Shown: positions 48,262 to 59,249, numbered from the stretch's first letter. The stretch: 64,000 nt of DNA from Patescibacteria group bacterium (GCA_049322655.1 JBMORP010000006.1:512410-576409), one strand, 5' to 3'. A program made the numbers and translations. Notes: generated by a model not told the origin, from the letters alone.

Positions 48262-50598
48262 TTACAATCTAGCCCTAACCTGAATCTCAGCTTCAACCAC
48301 TTCTCTATCCTTACCATATTTAAGTCTAGACAGCTGCTTAATCATCTCAGCCAGCTTAGGATTCATCCTGGCCTTAACTTCATCCATATCCTTCTCTAAA
48401 GACATACTAAAGGCTGGCACTGGCTCATTGCCGACGATGGTTTTAATATAAACATGAAATTTTTCAACATTAGCTAAATCATTTTCAGTAAAAGTGGGTG
48501 TAAATTCATGTTGCAAGAAATTGGCATCAGTGACACCAACTCTAAAAGAAACAATCGTGCCAACGTTACCAAAGACAGCGTTTTTTACTTCTTCATCAAT
48601 TTGACCAATAAATTGATTAGCCACAGTTAAGTTGAGCTTATATTTACGAGCTTCAGAAAGAATGGTGGCAAAATCTTCTGTCGCATAGTTTTGAAATTCA
48701 TCAACATATAAAAAGAAGTCTTGACGTTGATCCATCGGAATATCTTGACGACTCATTGCGGCAGTCAAAACCTTTGGCACCAGAATCAAACCTAAAAATT
48801 TAGCATCTTCTTCACCAAGAATACCTTTGGATAAATTACATAAAATAATCTTCTTTTCATCCATTGCTTTTCTGAAATTAAATGCACTATATGGCTGACC
48901 AATAATGTTTCTCATGGTCTTATTGGTTACAAAACGACCAAATTTAGACACAATGTAATCCAAAACTTCTGACTTATGAAAATCACTGGTTTGGGCCATT
49001 TGATCTGTCCAGTAACGTTTAACTACAGGGTCTTTAACTAAAGGCAATAACTCTTCAACAAATTTTTGATCGGTCAAAGCCCGGACTAACTCAATAAAGG
49101 TGGAACCTTCCTTAGACATAATCGTTAGCATGGCATTACGAATAGCATGCTCAAAACGAGGCCCAATAATACCAGTACGATGTGGGTCATAAAGTTTGTA
49201 CATTAAACCAATCACCGAACTTACCACAAAATGTTTTTGTTCCTCTGTGTCAGCCTCCATCATATTTAAACCCATCGGTCTAGCCAGGTCAGATGGGTTA
49301 AAGTAAATGACATCTTCAGCTCTTTCAGGCGGAACAAGTTGCAAAATGTCTTCAACAAACTCTCCGTGAGGATCAATGGCACAAACCCCCTGACCACTCT
49401 CGATATCTTGCATAATCATTTCTTTTAAAAACTCAGACTTACCAGTACCAGTTTTACCAATGATGTACATGTGTCGTTGTCTATCCTTGAGACTCATATA
49501 AACATTTCTGACTTCTCCACGGTAAACAGATTTGCCCAAAAACAAACCCTGGTTAGGAATTAAATGAGGTGCTGGAGCATTCTTGGCTGTCAACCATTTA
49601 ATGTGATGGGTCTCAACTGTTTTATTAGGAAAATGAAAGACCGTTGCTAATTCTTCAGTATTCAAAACAAAACTCCCCCAACCAAAAAGAGGCATATAAC
49701 GATAGATAAAATCAATCATGAATAAATGCTTAATAAAAAACCAAGGTTTTTCAAACTCATTGTATGCAGAGGTAAATTGAGCAAAAGCTCCATGAATATT
49801 GCTTAGGTGAGACTCTGCTGCTACTTCTGTTGGTGAAGAGACCACCATTCTAATGGAAACTCTAAAACCTGGTTTTTCCACCTTAGTTGTTACTGCTTCC
49901 ATTTCTTTGGGGTCATGACCATAGGTAGCTTTTTGTGGATCGGCCTCTCGTTTCTTTTCATTCTTGATGTAATTTCTACCTTTTTTCTGCCATTTATTCC
50001 CCTCAGGGTGAATTAAAATTTGCAAAATCGCCCCTTCTCCTTCTCCCATTTTGGAAAAAGCAGAAGTAATTAAAGACAAACCGTCTGTTGGTAAATCTTT
50101 ATAAGTTTTTAAAGGCAAATATTGGGCATCTTTTAATTTCAAAGAGGTGAAAGCTACCCGACCTTTTTCATTAAAAATATTTACCTCATCTTGTTCTTTA
50201 ATATCAGCGAAAGGATAAGCTCCATGAATTTGTTTCTCGACTAAATCTCTAATTTTTTTGGAACAACTAACATAAAAACCGATTTCTTCTTTTAACCCAA
50301 CCAACTCAAAACTAATCAACTCCTCTGGTTCCAGAAATGAAAAAAAACCACTTTTCTTTAAAGAGTGCAAACCAGCAAACATTTGCTCAGCGGCATCAAT
50401 CTTGATTTCATTATCCTTTGGTAAACGAACTAAGAGCGTCACAAAGTCTAAAGAATAATCTTCTCTTCTTCTGTGCTTAAACCATTGAAAAAACAAATAA
50501 CTCAGAAAGAATAAGGCTACCCCCAATACCAACACCAATAATAGATTCATAAAAAACAAAGATACTTGATTGACAAAGTCAGCAGAACCAAACATCAT
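48262..50598 (-). CDS. VirB4/TraG/HerA-like membrane-anchored ATPase (type common in CPR)
   Basis: RHMYIIGKTGTGKS (Walker A), IDPHG, LYVDEFQN (Walker B), SEARKY, FGNVGT. Confidence 0.88.
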   Translation of the reverse strand: MMFGSADFVNQVSLFFMNLLLVLVLGVALFFLSYLFFQWFKHRRREDYSLDFVTLLVRLPKDNEIKIDAAEQMFAGLHSLKKSGFFSFLEPEELISFELVGLKEEIGFYVSCSKKIRDLVEKQIHGAYPFADIKEQDEVNIFNEKGRVAFTSLKLKDAQYLPLKTYKDLPTDGLSLITSAFSKMGEGEGAILQILIHPEGNKWQKKGRNYIKNEKKREADPQKATYGHDPKEMEAVTTKVEKPGFRVSIRMVVSSPTEVAAESHLSNIHGAFAQFTSAYNEFEKPWFFIKHLFMIDFIYRYMPLFGWGSFVLNTEELATVFHFPNKTVETHHIKWLTAKNAPAPHLIPNQGLFLGKSVYRGEVRNVYMSLKDRQRHMYIIGKTGTGKSEFLKEMIMQDIESGQGVCAIDPHGEFVEDILQLVPPERAEDVIYFNPSDLARPMGLNMMEADTEEQKHFVVSSVIGLMYKLYDPHRTGIIGPRFEHAIRNAMLTIMSKEGSTFIELVRALTDQKFVEELLPLVKDPVVKRYWTDQMAQTSDFHKSEVLDYIVSKFGRFVTNKTMRNIIGQPYSAFNFRKAMDEKKIILCNLSKGILGEEDAKFLGLILVPKVLTAAMSRQDIPMDQRQDFFLYVDEFQNYATEDFATILSEARKYKLNLTVANQFIGQIDEEVKNAVFGNVGTIVSFRVGVTDANFLQHEFTPTFTENDLANVEKFHVYIKTIVGNEPVPAFSMSLEKDMDEVKARMNPKLAEMIKQLSRLKYGKDREVVEAEIQVRARL

Positions 50599-51371
50599 TT
50601 TTGATCCTCCTCAACAAAGCGATAAATTACTTTACCAGAAAAAACCTTCATGATTTTTCTGCTCCATTCCACTAACCAACGAATACTAAATTTAGGGCTC
50701 TTTGTAGCTCCTTGTTTTTCTTCTTCTGAAGTTATTGGTAAAACCACGACTGGCTGAGCAGGATAATGGTGGTCAGTGGGTTGGGTATTAGAACCATCAG
50801 CAATTACTATTTCTTTTGGAGCAGTGGCTGTATGATCTTCAACTTTTTGTAAATAACTTTCCACTTCTGGAGGAATCTCTGGCGTTGGCTCTAACTCGAC
50901 TTGTTGAGCACCTCTTGCCGCATCAACAGCTAATTGATCTAAAGAAACACTTTCAACTGATTCCTTGCTTCCAGCTGGGCCAACTGGATACTGAGGATTT
51001 AGAGTATTTGTTTTATCAGCAATTACTTGAGGAACCACTTGAGATAACAACCCTGTTTGAACATCTGAACCGCTAGCAGATCCGACCTCATCAGTTTCTA
51101 CTTCAGTTATTGCCTCAGCCAACAAATCCAGAGCACGATTGCTAGGAGTTTTTAAATCAGAAGAGGTTGTTAAATTATTAAGATCATTTAGATCTGCTGT
51201 TAAATCTGAAATTGGTTTATCTGGGACTGATTTAGACGAAGAAGTTTGAACTGACTGGTTTTGAGTTGCTCCAATAATGCTTTTTTTCAACAAATTACCA
51301 ATCGCTGAATTGGGATTGCCAACAAAACGACTGACCATCTTTTGAGCTGGTTGGGCAGAACTATCTGACAC
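50595..51371 (-). CDS. hypothetical protein, low-complexity N-terminus, C-terminal SIRWLVEW motif
   Basis: ORF overlaps the start of the ATPase gene. Confidence 0.7.
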   Translation of the reverse strand: MSDSSAQPAQKMVSRFVGNPNSAIGNLLKKSIIGATQNQSVQTSSSKSVPDKPISDLTADLNDLNNLTTSSDLKTPSNRALDLLAEAITEVETDEVGSASGSDVQTGLLSQVVPQVIADKTNTLNPQYPVGPAGSKESVESVSLDQLAVDAARGAQQVELEPTPEIPPEVESYLQKVEDHTATAPKEIVIADGSNTQPTDHHYPAQPVVVLPITSEEEKQGATKSPKFSIRWLVEWSRKIMKVFSGKVIYRFVEEDQK

Positions 51372-51424
51372 CCTTTTATAATACTTGTTTTATGAGGCAG
51401 AAGAAAGGGTTAGTCATTCAGAAA

Positions 51425-51889
51425 TTACTGATTTATATCAAAAAGTTGTAGGTTCTTGCTAACGGGAATTTCGAGCACCATATCAACTAAGCCGGGAGAA
51501 TAATATTTAGGTAAATCTTCTTGATCATTTAGATCAAGGGGTGGCTGAAGATTGCGTTCAACTCCGATGATTTTGCCTTCTCTAATCCAATATAAATCGA
51601 TAGCAAACCTCATATCTTTCATCCAAAAAACTGGATTAACTGGCTCAGCAAACACAAATAACATCCCATCGGCTTTTTCCAAAGAAGGTCTTCTACCTAA
51701 ACCTTGAGCAATGCTTTCTGGAGTTTTAACTACTTCAACTCTTAGTTTCTGTTTATTTATTTGCCAACTAATGACTTGACGATCTTGAACCAAACCAAAG
51801 TTTTGTTTTCGACTAGCAAAAATAAAAATGACAACTCCAACAAAAAGACCAATAATTAACAAGATAATTAGCTTTTTGTTTTTTTGCAT
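51425..51889 (-). CDS. DUF192 family protein (start likely 51889)
   Basis: GL..R, GMLFVF, FWMKDMRFAID, VLEI. Confidence 0.88.
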   Translation of the reverse strand: MQKNKKLIILLIIGLFVGVVIFIFASRKQNFGLVQDRQVISWQINKQKLRVEVVKTPESIAQGLGRRPSLEKADGMLFVFAEPVNPVFWMKDMRFAIDLYWIREGKIIGVERNLQPPLDLNDQEDLPKYYSPGLVDMVLEIPVSKNLQLFDINQ

Positions 51890-52620
51890 TGATTCATTAT
51901 CCAACAAACTACCACTAAAAAGCCAACCAAAAAAATAAACCACTGATTAGTTCCCAAACCCAACCAAACAAAACTTTTGTCTATTCTTAAAAAATCTAAA
52001 AGAAAACGAATCAAACCATAGTAAACTAAATAAAAAACAAAAAAATCACCTTTGCCAAACTCAAAAAATCGTCGTTTTTTTAGAAAAAATAAAACCAACC
52101 AACCAACTAGAACTAACAACCCTTCATATAAAAACAAAGGATGAAAATAGTCATTATCTAAAAAAGCAACCGGCCTATTTTCCGGTTCAATGTAAATTCC
52201 CCAAGAAAATTCTGTTGGCAAACCATAAAGCTCTTGGTTTAAAAAATTTGCCCACCGACCAATAAATTGGGCAATAGGTAAACCAAATGCCACTCCATCC
52301 AAAAAGATTTTTTTATTAATTGTTAATTTTTTTGCTGCAAAATAGAAACCAACCATTCCACCAATAATTGCTCCCAAAATACTAAGACCACCCTGCCAAA
52401 CAAAAAAAACTTGCAAAATATTATCTTGATAGAGGTGAAAATCTGTCACCACATGCCAAAACCTAGCTCCTACCATCCCACTCAACAAAACTAAAAAACT
52501 TAATTGATAAAAAACTTTCTCTGAAAACCATTTTTTAGTGAATCTTTCCGTCACCAACACTCCACACACAATAGCGATACCAACAACTAGCCCATACCAA
52601 TGAAACTGCAATAAACTCAT
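51868..52620 (-). CDS. lgt: prolipoprotein diacylglyceryl transferase
   Basis: HWYG, GAR, WQGGLSI.G, GRWANF.NQELYG, HPLFLYE, RF..DF.R. Confidence 0.95.
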   Translation of the reverse strand: MSLLQFHWYGLVVGIAIVCGVLVTERFTKKWFSEKVFYQLSFLVLLSGMVGARFWHVVTDFHLYQDNILQVFFVWQGGLSILGAIIGGMVGFYFAAKKLTINKKIFLDGVAFGLPIAQFIGRWANFLNQELYGLPTEFSWGIYIEPENRPVAFLDNDYFHPLFLYEGLLVLVGWLVLFFLKKRRFFEFGKGDFFVFYLVYYGLIRFLLDFLRIDKSFVWLGLGTNQWFIFLVGFLVVVCWIMNQCKKTKS

Positions 52621-52622
52621 AG

Positions 52623-53123
52623 TTAAAGTAATACTAATAAATGTAAAATTAAAAAAAATAAAACACTACCAGCTATGATTTTTTGTAAGCTTTGCTTAGT
52701 GGGTTCCACCTTCACTCCAGCTAAAAATTTGGCAAAGAAAAAGCTGGGATTAGCTAGCTTTCTAAACATCTCAACAATAAAAAAAAGAATCAAACCACCC
52801 ATAAAACCCATGGCAAAAAAGCTTCCAGAAGAAGTAAAAACAAAAATAGCAGTAGGAATCAAAGCCAAAATATAAAGTGGTGATCGGGTCACAAAGAATT
52901 TTTTAACAGAAAAATTTTTATCAAGATCTTTATCTTGATAAAAAGAAAACAAGTATTCTTCGTCAAACATGGTAAAACTTACTCCCAAGATAGCTCCAAT
53001 TAAAAAGAAAAGGAAATCCCAAAAACTACTAGTAAAAAAGAAAATAATTAATGAATAAATCAGGGCCGACACAACATAAATTCCAACTTTGTTAACGATT
53101 TTTTTTAAATCATTTGCAGTCAT
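52623..53123 (-). CDS. hypothetical membrane protein
   Basis: 4-5 TM segments; GAGG SD-like sequence upstream. Confidence 0.7.
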   Translation of the reverse strand: MTANDLKKIVNKVGIYVVSALIYSLIIFFFTSSFWDFLFFLIGAILGVSFTMFDEEYLFSFYQDKDLDKNFSVKKFFVTRSPLYILALIPTAIFVFTSSGSFFAMGFMGGLILFFIVEMFRKLANPSFFFAKFLAGVKVEPTKQSLQKIIAGSVLFFLILHLLVLL

Positions 53124-53139
53124 GATAAATTCCTCAATA

Positions 53140-54309
53140 TTAGTCGATTATTTTAAGGTCTAAAATCTTTAATAAACTTTGATCAACCGTAGTTTTAAAC
53201 TCTTCATCTTGTTCATAGTTAGCTGCTAAAAATTCAACCATACTTGCTAGATCATCATAGTTTACTTTTTCCCCAAAAACTAAAACATCATTGCCAGCAA
53301 TAATTGCCATTTTGGCCGTCATCTCAAGAGAAACTTCTTCACCATTTTCATCAGTAATTCTAGCTGACTCCATTTCTAAAGCATCAACAAAAACCATTAC
53401 ATCAGGAAAATGAACTGGAAAAGGGTCAAGACAAACTTTGCTCAAACTACAGGGCAAACCAGCTGTTCTATCAGGGACAACTACATGAGCAGACATCACA
53501 CCAATATTAGGAAAAGCCGAAAAAAGTCTTTCAAAGGGGGTAGTATCCTGAGAACCAGGATAAACCTCTTGTTGATAAAAATGTAAATCTTTAGTCAAAC
53601 TACCAATTCCCGGATAATGTTTAACTACTGCCAAAATTCCTTGCTCACCAAAAGATTTGATGTAATCTTCAGCCGTACTCAATAAGGCAAGTTGGTCTTT
53701 ACAAGCTCTAGTTTTCAAAAAAGACCCTTCTCTTGGCACATCAACTACTGGAGCAAAAACAATGTTGACACCAGCAGATCTAAGTTCTCTTGCTGATTGT
53801 TCAAAAATAGATAATTTTTCTCCAGTTGATTCTTGGCAAATAGCCGCCCAACTAGGCAAACTCAAAAAACCATCACCAGCCAAACGTTGGACCGTCCCAC
53901 CCTCGTGATCAACTGCAACCAAAGGCACAAACCCAGCTTCAGCAACGGGTAAATGTTGAGTAAAATCTTTAACTGTTTCCATATTAAGCTTTGAACCAAA
54001 AATCGTCACAAAACCAGGCTGATGTTCATAAATAAACTCCATTTCAGCAGTTTGAGAAGCTTCTTGATTGTTTTCAAGGGAAACAGGCAAACTAACTAAT
54101 TGCCAAATTTTTTGTTCTGTAGAAAAACTATCTAGAATTTGCTGTTCTTGAGAAAGAGTCGGCTGAGGGGTAACACTCGCCAATTGTTGATTGGCCGTTT
54201 GTTGAGCTTGAAAAAACTTTAGAAATGGACGTTGAAAATAATTGTAACCACTCAACACAGTTAACAAAAAAAGGGCAACAATTAAAATCTTGGTTGAAGA
54301 GTTATTCAT
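53140..54309 (-). CDS. membrane-anchored glycoside hydrolase family 3 (NagZ-like beta-N-acetylhexosaminidase)
   Basis: VDHEGG.V.R, APVVD, KHYPGIG....DLH, MSAH, DALEM, AGND. Confidence 0.88.
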   Translation of the reverse strand: MNNSSTKILIVALFLLTVLSGYNYFQRPFLKFFQAQQTANQQLASVTPQPTLSQEQQILDSFSTEQKIWQLVSLPVSLENNQEASQTAEMEFIYEHQPGFVTIFGSKLNMETVKDFTQHLPVAEAGFVPLVAVDHEGGTVQRLAGDGFLSLPSWAAICQESTGEKLSIFEQSARELRSAGVNIVFAPVVDVPREGSFLKTRACKDQLALLSTAEDYIKSFGEQGILAVVKHYPGIGSLTKDLHFYQQEVYPGSQDTTPFERLFSAFPNIGVMSAHVVVPDRTAGLPCSLSKVCLDPFPVHFPDVMVFVDALEMESARITDENGEEVSLEMTAKMAIIAGNDVLVFGEKVNYDDLASMVEFLAANYEQDEEFKTTVDQSLLKILDLKIID

Positions 54310-54649
54310 CTTTTTTAGCTTTCTTCTCGTCCTTTAATTGTTTTACTTTCCACATAAAAAGTCTAGCTTTACTTCTTGCATTAGCATCACTAACAAAAGA
54401 CAAAGCCCTTTCCAAGAGCCCTCGCTCTTCTTTTTTAGCCATTCTCATATATAAGCTAACTCTCTCTAAGTCACCTAATTCAACAGCTAACCGGTAACCA
54501 AAATCTTGGAACTCTTTTGATATATAGCCAGGTTTTTCTTTAATTTGGTATTTATCAAATAATTTTTGAACAGACTCAAAACCTAATTTTGATTGTTTTT
54601 TTGATTTATCTTTTGGAGAAGAAACCTGGGGGAAAAGACCATCCTGCAT
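54302..54649 (-). CDS. hypothetical protein
   Basis: ORF overlapping the GH3 start; EFQDFGYRLA.EL.D motif. Confidence 0.7.
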   Translation of the reverse strand: MQDGLFPQVSSPKDKSKKQSKLGFESVQKLFDKYQIKEKPGYISKEFQDFGYRLAVELGDLERVSLYMRMAKKEERGLLERALSFVSDANARSKARLFMWKVKQLKDEKKAKKDE

Positions 54650-54669
54650 CTTGGTTATATTCTAACAGG

Positions 54670-55908
54670 TTAGTCCTCATGTTTTTTACTGATTAACAAA
54701 CTCAATAAAGTTCCAATCGCTGCTACCAAAAACAAACCATTCCATTCCATGGAAGAAAACAAGAAAATAACAACAAACAATAACCAAAAAATGACTGTAG
54801 CAAAACTCACAATCATTTCTCTATAAGTAAAATAAGAAAAAGCTTCTCTACCCTTACCCCTATTCATTAATACTCGATCAAAAAACAACCAATGAAAATT
54901 ACCAGTAATTTTGTCGATCGCATCTGTCAGCGCAATTGACCAAAACCCAAGAATTTGTGACCTGATATACCACAAGAAAGATAAAATTCCACCAGAGACA
55001 AAAAATGGTTGCTTTTTAATCTCTGAATCTAAGCGCAACCCCACAAATAAACTCAAAATCATTGAAACCAAAAAAGATAAACTATAAACAATCCCTACTT
55101 TCTCTGTGTTCCCCAAAAGCAAAAATACATATAATGGCCAGATATAAACTGAATTATCATAAAAAGCTTTTCCAACAAGAGAAATACCCAACTTCCAAAA
55201 CCGCCAATCATTTAACCAAAATTTAAACTCCTTAAGAGAAATATTGTCTTTCTCCTGAGCAAAATCGATAAAATAAGAAAGAAAAGATCCCACAGCTACC
55301 ATTGCCACTCCAATACTAAACAAAGTTTCATAACCAAAAATAAAAATTACAAAACCACTTAAGGCTGGGGCGACCAACCAAGTCAAATTAAGTAAAACCT
55401 GCATAAAACCCAAGTCTGTGCCCATCCTAGACCTTCTGGCTCCTTTTGAAAGAAGAGTATTAAATCCACCCCACATTAAGGCTGTTGACATAGCATCAGC
55501 TGGAATTGCTAGCCACAACCAATTGGGGTTTTGGGTAGCAAATCTCAATGCAATCAACTCAATAGCATAGGTCAAAAATGACAACATGAAACTGGCTGAA
55601 AAACCATATTTTTTCATGAATTTTCCAGAAGGAATAAGTAAGAAAAAAATTAATAATCTAGCCAAGATAAAAAACCCAGCTAATAAGACCACTCCCCCCT
55701 GAAAAGGGGTTAAACCAAACTCTGTAGATAAAAATCTTATTTCTTGACCAAGCTGAAATAAAAAAACTGGTAAGAAAAACAGCGCGAATTTATTGGCTAA
55801 TTCTCTAACTACCCTAATTGCAAACAACAACTTCATGTTTTTTGACCCATCAACCGAAATTCTTGGGAACTGAAAATGGTGAGAGTGATTGAAGTTTATA
55901 CTGGGCAT
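54670..55908 (-). CDS. MFS-like transporter
   Basis: ~12 TM segments in two halves. Confidence 0.75.
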   Translation of the reverse strand: MPSINFNHSHHFQFPRISVDGSKNMKLLFAIRVVRELANKFALFFLPVFLFQLGQEIRFLSTEFGLTPFQGGVVLLAGFFILARLLIFFLLIPSGKFMKKYGFSASFMLSFLTYAIELIALRFATQNPNWLWLAIPADAMSTALMWGGFNTLLSKGARRSRMGTDLGFMQVLLNLTWLVAPALSGFVIFIFGYETLFSIGVAMVAVGSFLSYFIDFAQEKDNISLKEFKFWLNDWRFWKLGISLVGKAFYDNSVYIWPLYVFLLLGNTEKVGIVYSLSFLVSMILSLFVGLRLDSEIKKQPFFVSGGILSFLWYIRSQILGFWSIALTDAIDKITGNFHWLFFDRVLMNRGKGREAFSYFTYREMIVSFATVIFWLLFVVIFLFSSMEWNGLFLVAAIGTLLSLLISKKHED

Positions 55909-55917
55909 GGAATCAGA

Positions 55918-56433
55918 CTATCGTAGCAACTCTTGTGCCACTTGCTCAATAAGAGCTTTAATTCCAGGCTCTTCTTCTCTGTTAAAATTGGCCAAAACAT
56001 AACTCGATCCGGGCATGCTTCGATCTCCAGCCCGACCATCAATCCCAATTCTAAAGTGCATAAAATCAGCTGTACCCAAATGTTGATAAATAGAGCTCAA
56101 GCCATTATGGATTTTGGGGCCAACCCCCTGTTGCCGTTTAATTTTACCCAACTCAATATCCAAATCATCGTGGACCACAATCAACTCAGTAGTTGGATTT
56201 ATTTGGTAATAATCACAAACCGCTCTCACTGCCTTACCAGAGTCATTCATAAAAGTCTGTGGTTTAACCAAGATATACTCTTGGTTTTTAGCTACTAACG
56301 AAAAAGTTTTAGACGAATTAGTAAAGTTGAGTGCTAGCTTTTGAGCTAGCAAGTCAGCCACCATAAAACCAACATTATGTCTGGTTTGTTGATATTTATC
56401 GCCAATATTACCTAAGCCAACAATTAATTTCAT
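55918..56433 (-). CDS. pth: peptidyl-tRNA hydrolase
   Basis: MKLIVGLGN, TRHNVGF, KPQTFMN.SG, HDDLD, HNGL.S, R.GI. Confidence 0.97.
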   Translation of the reverse strand: MKLIVGLGNIGDKYQQTRHNVGFMVADLLAQKLALNFTNSSKTFSLVAKNQEYILVKPQTFMNDSGKAVRAVCDYYQINPTTELIVVHDDLDIELGKIKRQQGVGPKIHNGLSSIYQHLGTADFMHFRIGIDGRAGDRSMPGSSYVLANFNREEEPGIKALIEQVAQELLR

Positions 56434-56486
56434 AATCATAATTGTATCAATCTGTTTTACAATGTACGAACCTAATAATTAAACCT

Positions 56487-57350
56487 ATGTTAAAAAAACC
56501 TTTTTTTTCCATTGTTACTCCTACTTTAAATGAGGAAAAATATTTACCTCTTTTGTTAGAAGATCTCGCCAAACAAACTTGTACTGATTTTGAGGTGATC
56601 CATGTAGACGGCAACTCTGAAGACCAAACGGTTAAAAAAGCTGGTGAATGGAAAAGAAAAATTTTTTTAAAAACAGAAAAAACAAAAATTAGGAATGTTG
56701 CCTTTCAAAGAAACTTGGGAGCCGACAAAGCTAGAGGTAAATGGGTGATTTTTATGGATGCAGACAACCGTCTGCCAAACTATTTTCTCCAAGGACTAAA
56801 GTACCAAATTGATAAAAATCCTGATGTGGGAGTATTCACTACTTGGATTCAGGTAGAAAAAGACTTACCACTCGGTAAAACCATGGAAAGTGCCATTAAT
56901 TTGGGTTATGAAGTTTATTCACTAATCGGTAAAGATGGTGCGTTGGGAGCTCTAATTGGCGCCAAGGCAGAAGTGGTAAAAAAAATAAAATTTAGAGAAA
57001 AAGCACAGATTTTTGAGGATTCATTTTTTGTTCAAGATGCTGAAAAACTTGGTTATAAATTTCAAATATTTAAAGAGCCAAGATATTTTTTCTCTCTTCG
57101 TAGAGTGAAAAAAGAGGGTAGTTTGAAAATGTTCAATATTGTAGCCAAAGCCCAAATTAATTACATTCTTTTGGGCAAAAACTTTGAAAAAGACAACCAT
57201 GGTTATGTGATGAAAGGAGGTGGTTATTATGATGAACAGTCCCCTTCTCCATTAAAAAATCTACAAAGTTTTATTGAAAAAGCCTCAAGAGACCAGCTAA
57301 CCAGAGCCAAAAAATTATTAAAAAATATTCAAAATCAGTTAGAAATTTAA
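56487..57350 (+). CDS. glycosyltransferase family 2 (start likely 56487)
   Basis: SIVTPTLNEE, VDGNSED.T, RNLGA, FMDAD, ED. Confidence 0.9.
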   Translation: MLKKPFFSIVTPTLNEEKYLPLLLEDLAKQTCTDFEVIHVDGNSEDQTVKKAGEWKRKIFLKTEKTKIRNVAFQRNLGADKARGKWVIFMDADNRLPNYFLQGLKYQIDKNPDVGVFTTWIQVEKDLPLGKTMESAINLGYEVYSLIGKDGALGALIGAKAEVVKKIKFREKAQIFEDSFFVQDAEKLGYKFQIFKEPRYFFSLRRVKKEGSLKMFNIVAKAQINYILLGKNFEKDNHGYVMKGGGYYDEQSPSPLKNLQSFIEKASRDQLTRAKKLLKNIQNQLEI

Positions 57351-57410
57351 ATAAAGAAGCCAAATAACTATCACTTAATTGTGAACAAAAAGATATAAAA
57401 GCCCTAGAAA

Positions 57411-59225
57411 CTAAGCTAGATGAGAAATAGAAGCCAACTCCTTAACAGTAGTTGCTTGTTCAACACTTTTATCATCCCTAAAACGTACTAAGCGTGGAAA
57501 TCTTAACGCTTTACCTGGTTTATCCTCTGTTTTGCCAGCAGCGTGAATTTGTGAGTGAGTAATTTCATCAGCGGCTATTTCAACTACTAGTTCTGGTTTC
57601 ACCCAAACGTCTGGATATAAATTTTTATGAACTCGATATTGAGTGGGTTTTTCTTTGGTAATAAAGTCATTGGTTCTTTCTTTAAATTCTTTAAATTGTT
57701 CATCCGATAACCCAGTACCAACTTTTGCTACCGTTTCAATCATGCCATTGTCTGCCACGACTCCTACTAAAAAAGCCCCTAGACCAAAGCCTGCCCTTTT
57801 CCCTCTGCCTGCATAGTAACCCATAACCACACAATCCAAAGTATCACTGAGCTTTCCTCTGTTGCCTTCTACTTCCTTGATTTTTACCCACCGCCAACCC
57901 TTTCTACCGCTTTTATATAAAGAATCATCTTTTTTCATCACTGCTCCCTCTAATCCTTGAGTTAGTTGGTTCTCATGAAAAGCTTTTAATTCTCGAGCAT
58001 CTTGAGTAATCAAAAATGGAGTAGGTACAAACACCTTAGCTGTAGTAAGCATCTTCTCCAAAAGTTTCTTTCTTGCTAAAAGTTGAGTATCAAGTAAAGA
58101 TTGACCATCTTTATACAACAAATCAAAAACATAAAAACGAACTGGAATTTCAGCCGCTTTTTCATCAATGCCATGTTTTCTTCTTCTAGTTGCTGTTTCC
58201 TGAAAAGGTAAAATCTCCCCTGTTTGCTTATCTACCCCAACTACTTCTCCATCAACAATACAATTTTCACAACCGATTTCACTGAAAGCTTTTTTTAGTT
58301 CTGGAAACATCTGTGATGTTTCTTCTAGGTTTCTAGTAAAAGACCTAACTACTTGAGCTTTTTTATCCAAATGAATCTGAATTCTCAATCCATCATATTT
58401 GGGCTCAACAATAACTCTACCCATTTTTTCAATAATTTCTTGAGCTGTATTTAACCGCTGACAAAGAGCCGGCACAATCGGGATTCCTAGCTCTGCTTGG
58501 TAGTTTTCTAGTAAAGTTTGGTCATTAGTATTAGTTAGGTATTCTTGAGCTAAAACTCCAAGATCTGCTTTTCTCTGAAATAGCTCTTCAAGTAAGACAG
58601 AATCTTCTTTGGTCTGCTTTTTTGCCCAAGATAAGGCATCTAGAATGGTCATGGTTGAGAAACCAAGCCTAAGTTTACCAACAACAATTCTACTAACAAA
58701 CTTGGCTGAAACTGGATCTAAACTTTGGAGTAATTTCAAGAGTAAAGAGGTCTTCCTTTCCTGAGAACCTTCTCCAGATTCTTGGGCAATGGTTTTTAAA
58801 TCTTGATAAACCGCCAAAATTGTTTTGGAGTTACCTAATTTTTTACTAACAACCATTAGTACTTCTTCTGTTGTTTTACCAATATCTCCATTGGTTTTAT
58901 AAATCTTATTTACCTTACTTTCATAAAGACTATAATCAGCTTCAGCAAATAGATTAGCCACTGGCAAATCAACTCCATAAAGATCTGGATTTTGAACCAT
59001 TTGCTGAGTTAAAACTCGCAATACCATCGTGGTGGAAAGCTGAAACTCTAAAGTCTGGTAAGCAGGGACTAATTTGCCCAAAGATAAATAGATAGCTGGA
59101 GGTATTTCCTCTTTTTCTAACTTAGAAAAAAGTTCAGCCAGCTGGTAAGTCATCTCTAAACGAGATGAAGTACTTTCTAATTTTTGTAAATGTTGAGCAA
59201 AGTTAGAAAAAAGCATAGAACTCAT
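57411..59225 (-). CDS. lig: ATP-dependent DNA ligase (archaeal/eukaryote-type with N-terminal DNA-binding domain)
   Basis: EPKYDGLR (motif I), DGE, FDLLY, EGAVMK, WVKIK, ALRFPR..R.R.DK. Confidence 0.95.
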   Translation of the reverse strand: MSSMLFSNFAQHLQKLESTSSRLEMTYQLAELFSKLEKEEIPPAIYLSLGKLVPAYQTLEFQLSTTMVLRVLTQQMVQNPDLYGVDLPVANLFAEADYSLYESKVNKIYKTNGDIGKTTEEVLMVVSKKLGNSKTILAVYQDLKTIAQESGEGSQERKTSLLLKLLQSLDPVSAKFVSRIVVGKLRLGFSTMTILDALSWAKKQTKEDSVLLEELFQRKADLGVLAQEYLTNTNDQTLLENYQAELGIPIVPALCQRLNTAQEIIEKMGRVIVEPKYDGLRIQIHLDKKAQVVRSFTRNLEETSQMFPELKKAFSEIGCENCIVDGEVVGVDKQTGEILPFQETATRRRKHGIDEKAAEIPVRFYVFDLLYKDGQSLLDTQLLARKKLLEKMLTTAKVFVPTPFLITQDARELKAFHENQLTQGLEGAVMKKDDSLYKSGRKGWRWVKIKEVEGNRGKLSDTLDCVVMGYYAGRGKRAGFGLGAFLVGVVADNGMIETVAKVGTGLSDEQFKEFKERTNDFITKEKPTQYRVHKNLYPDVWVKPELVVEIAADEITHSQIHAAGKTEDKPGKALRFPRLVRFRDDKSVEQATTVKELASISHLA

Positions 59226-59249
59226 AGTTTCTTTACTTTAACAGAAAAT

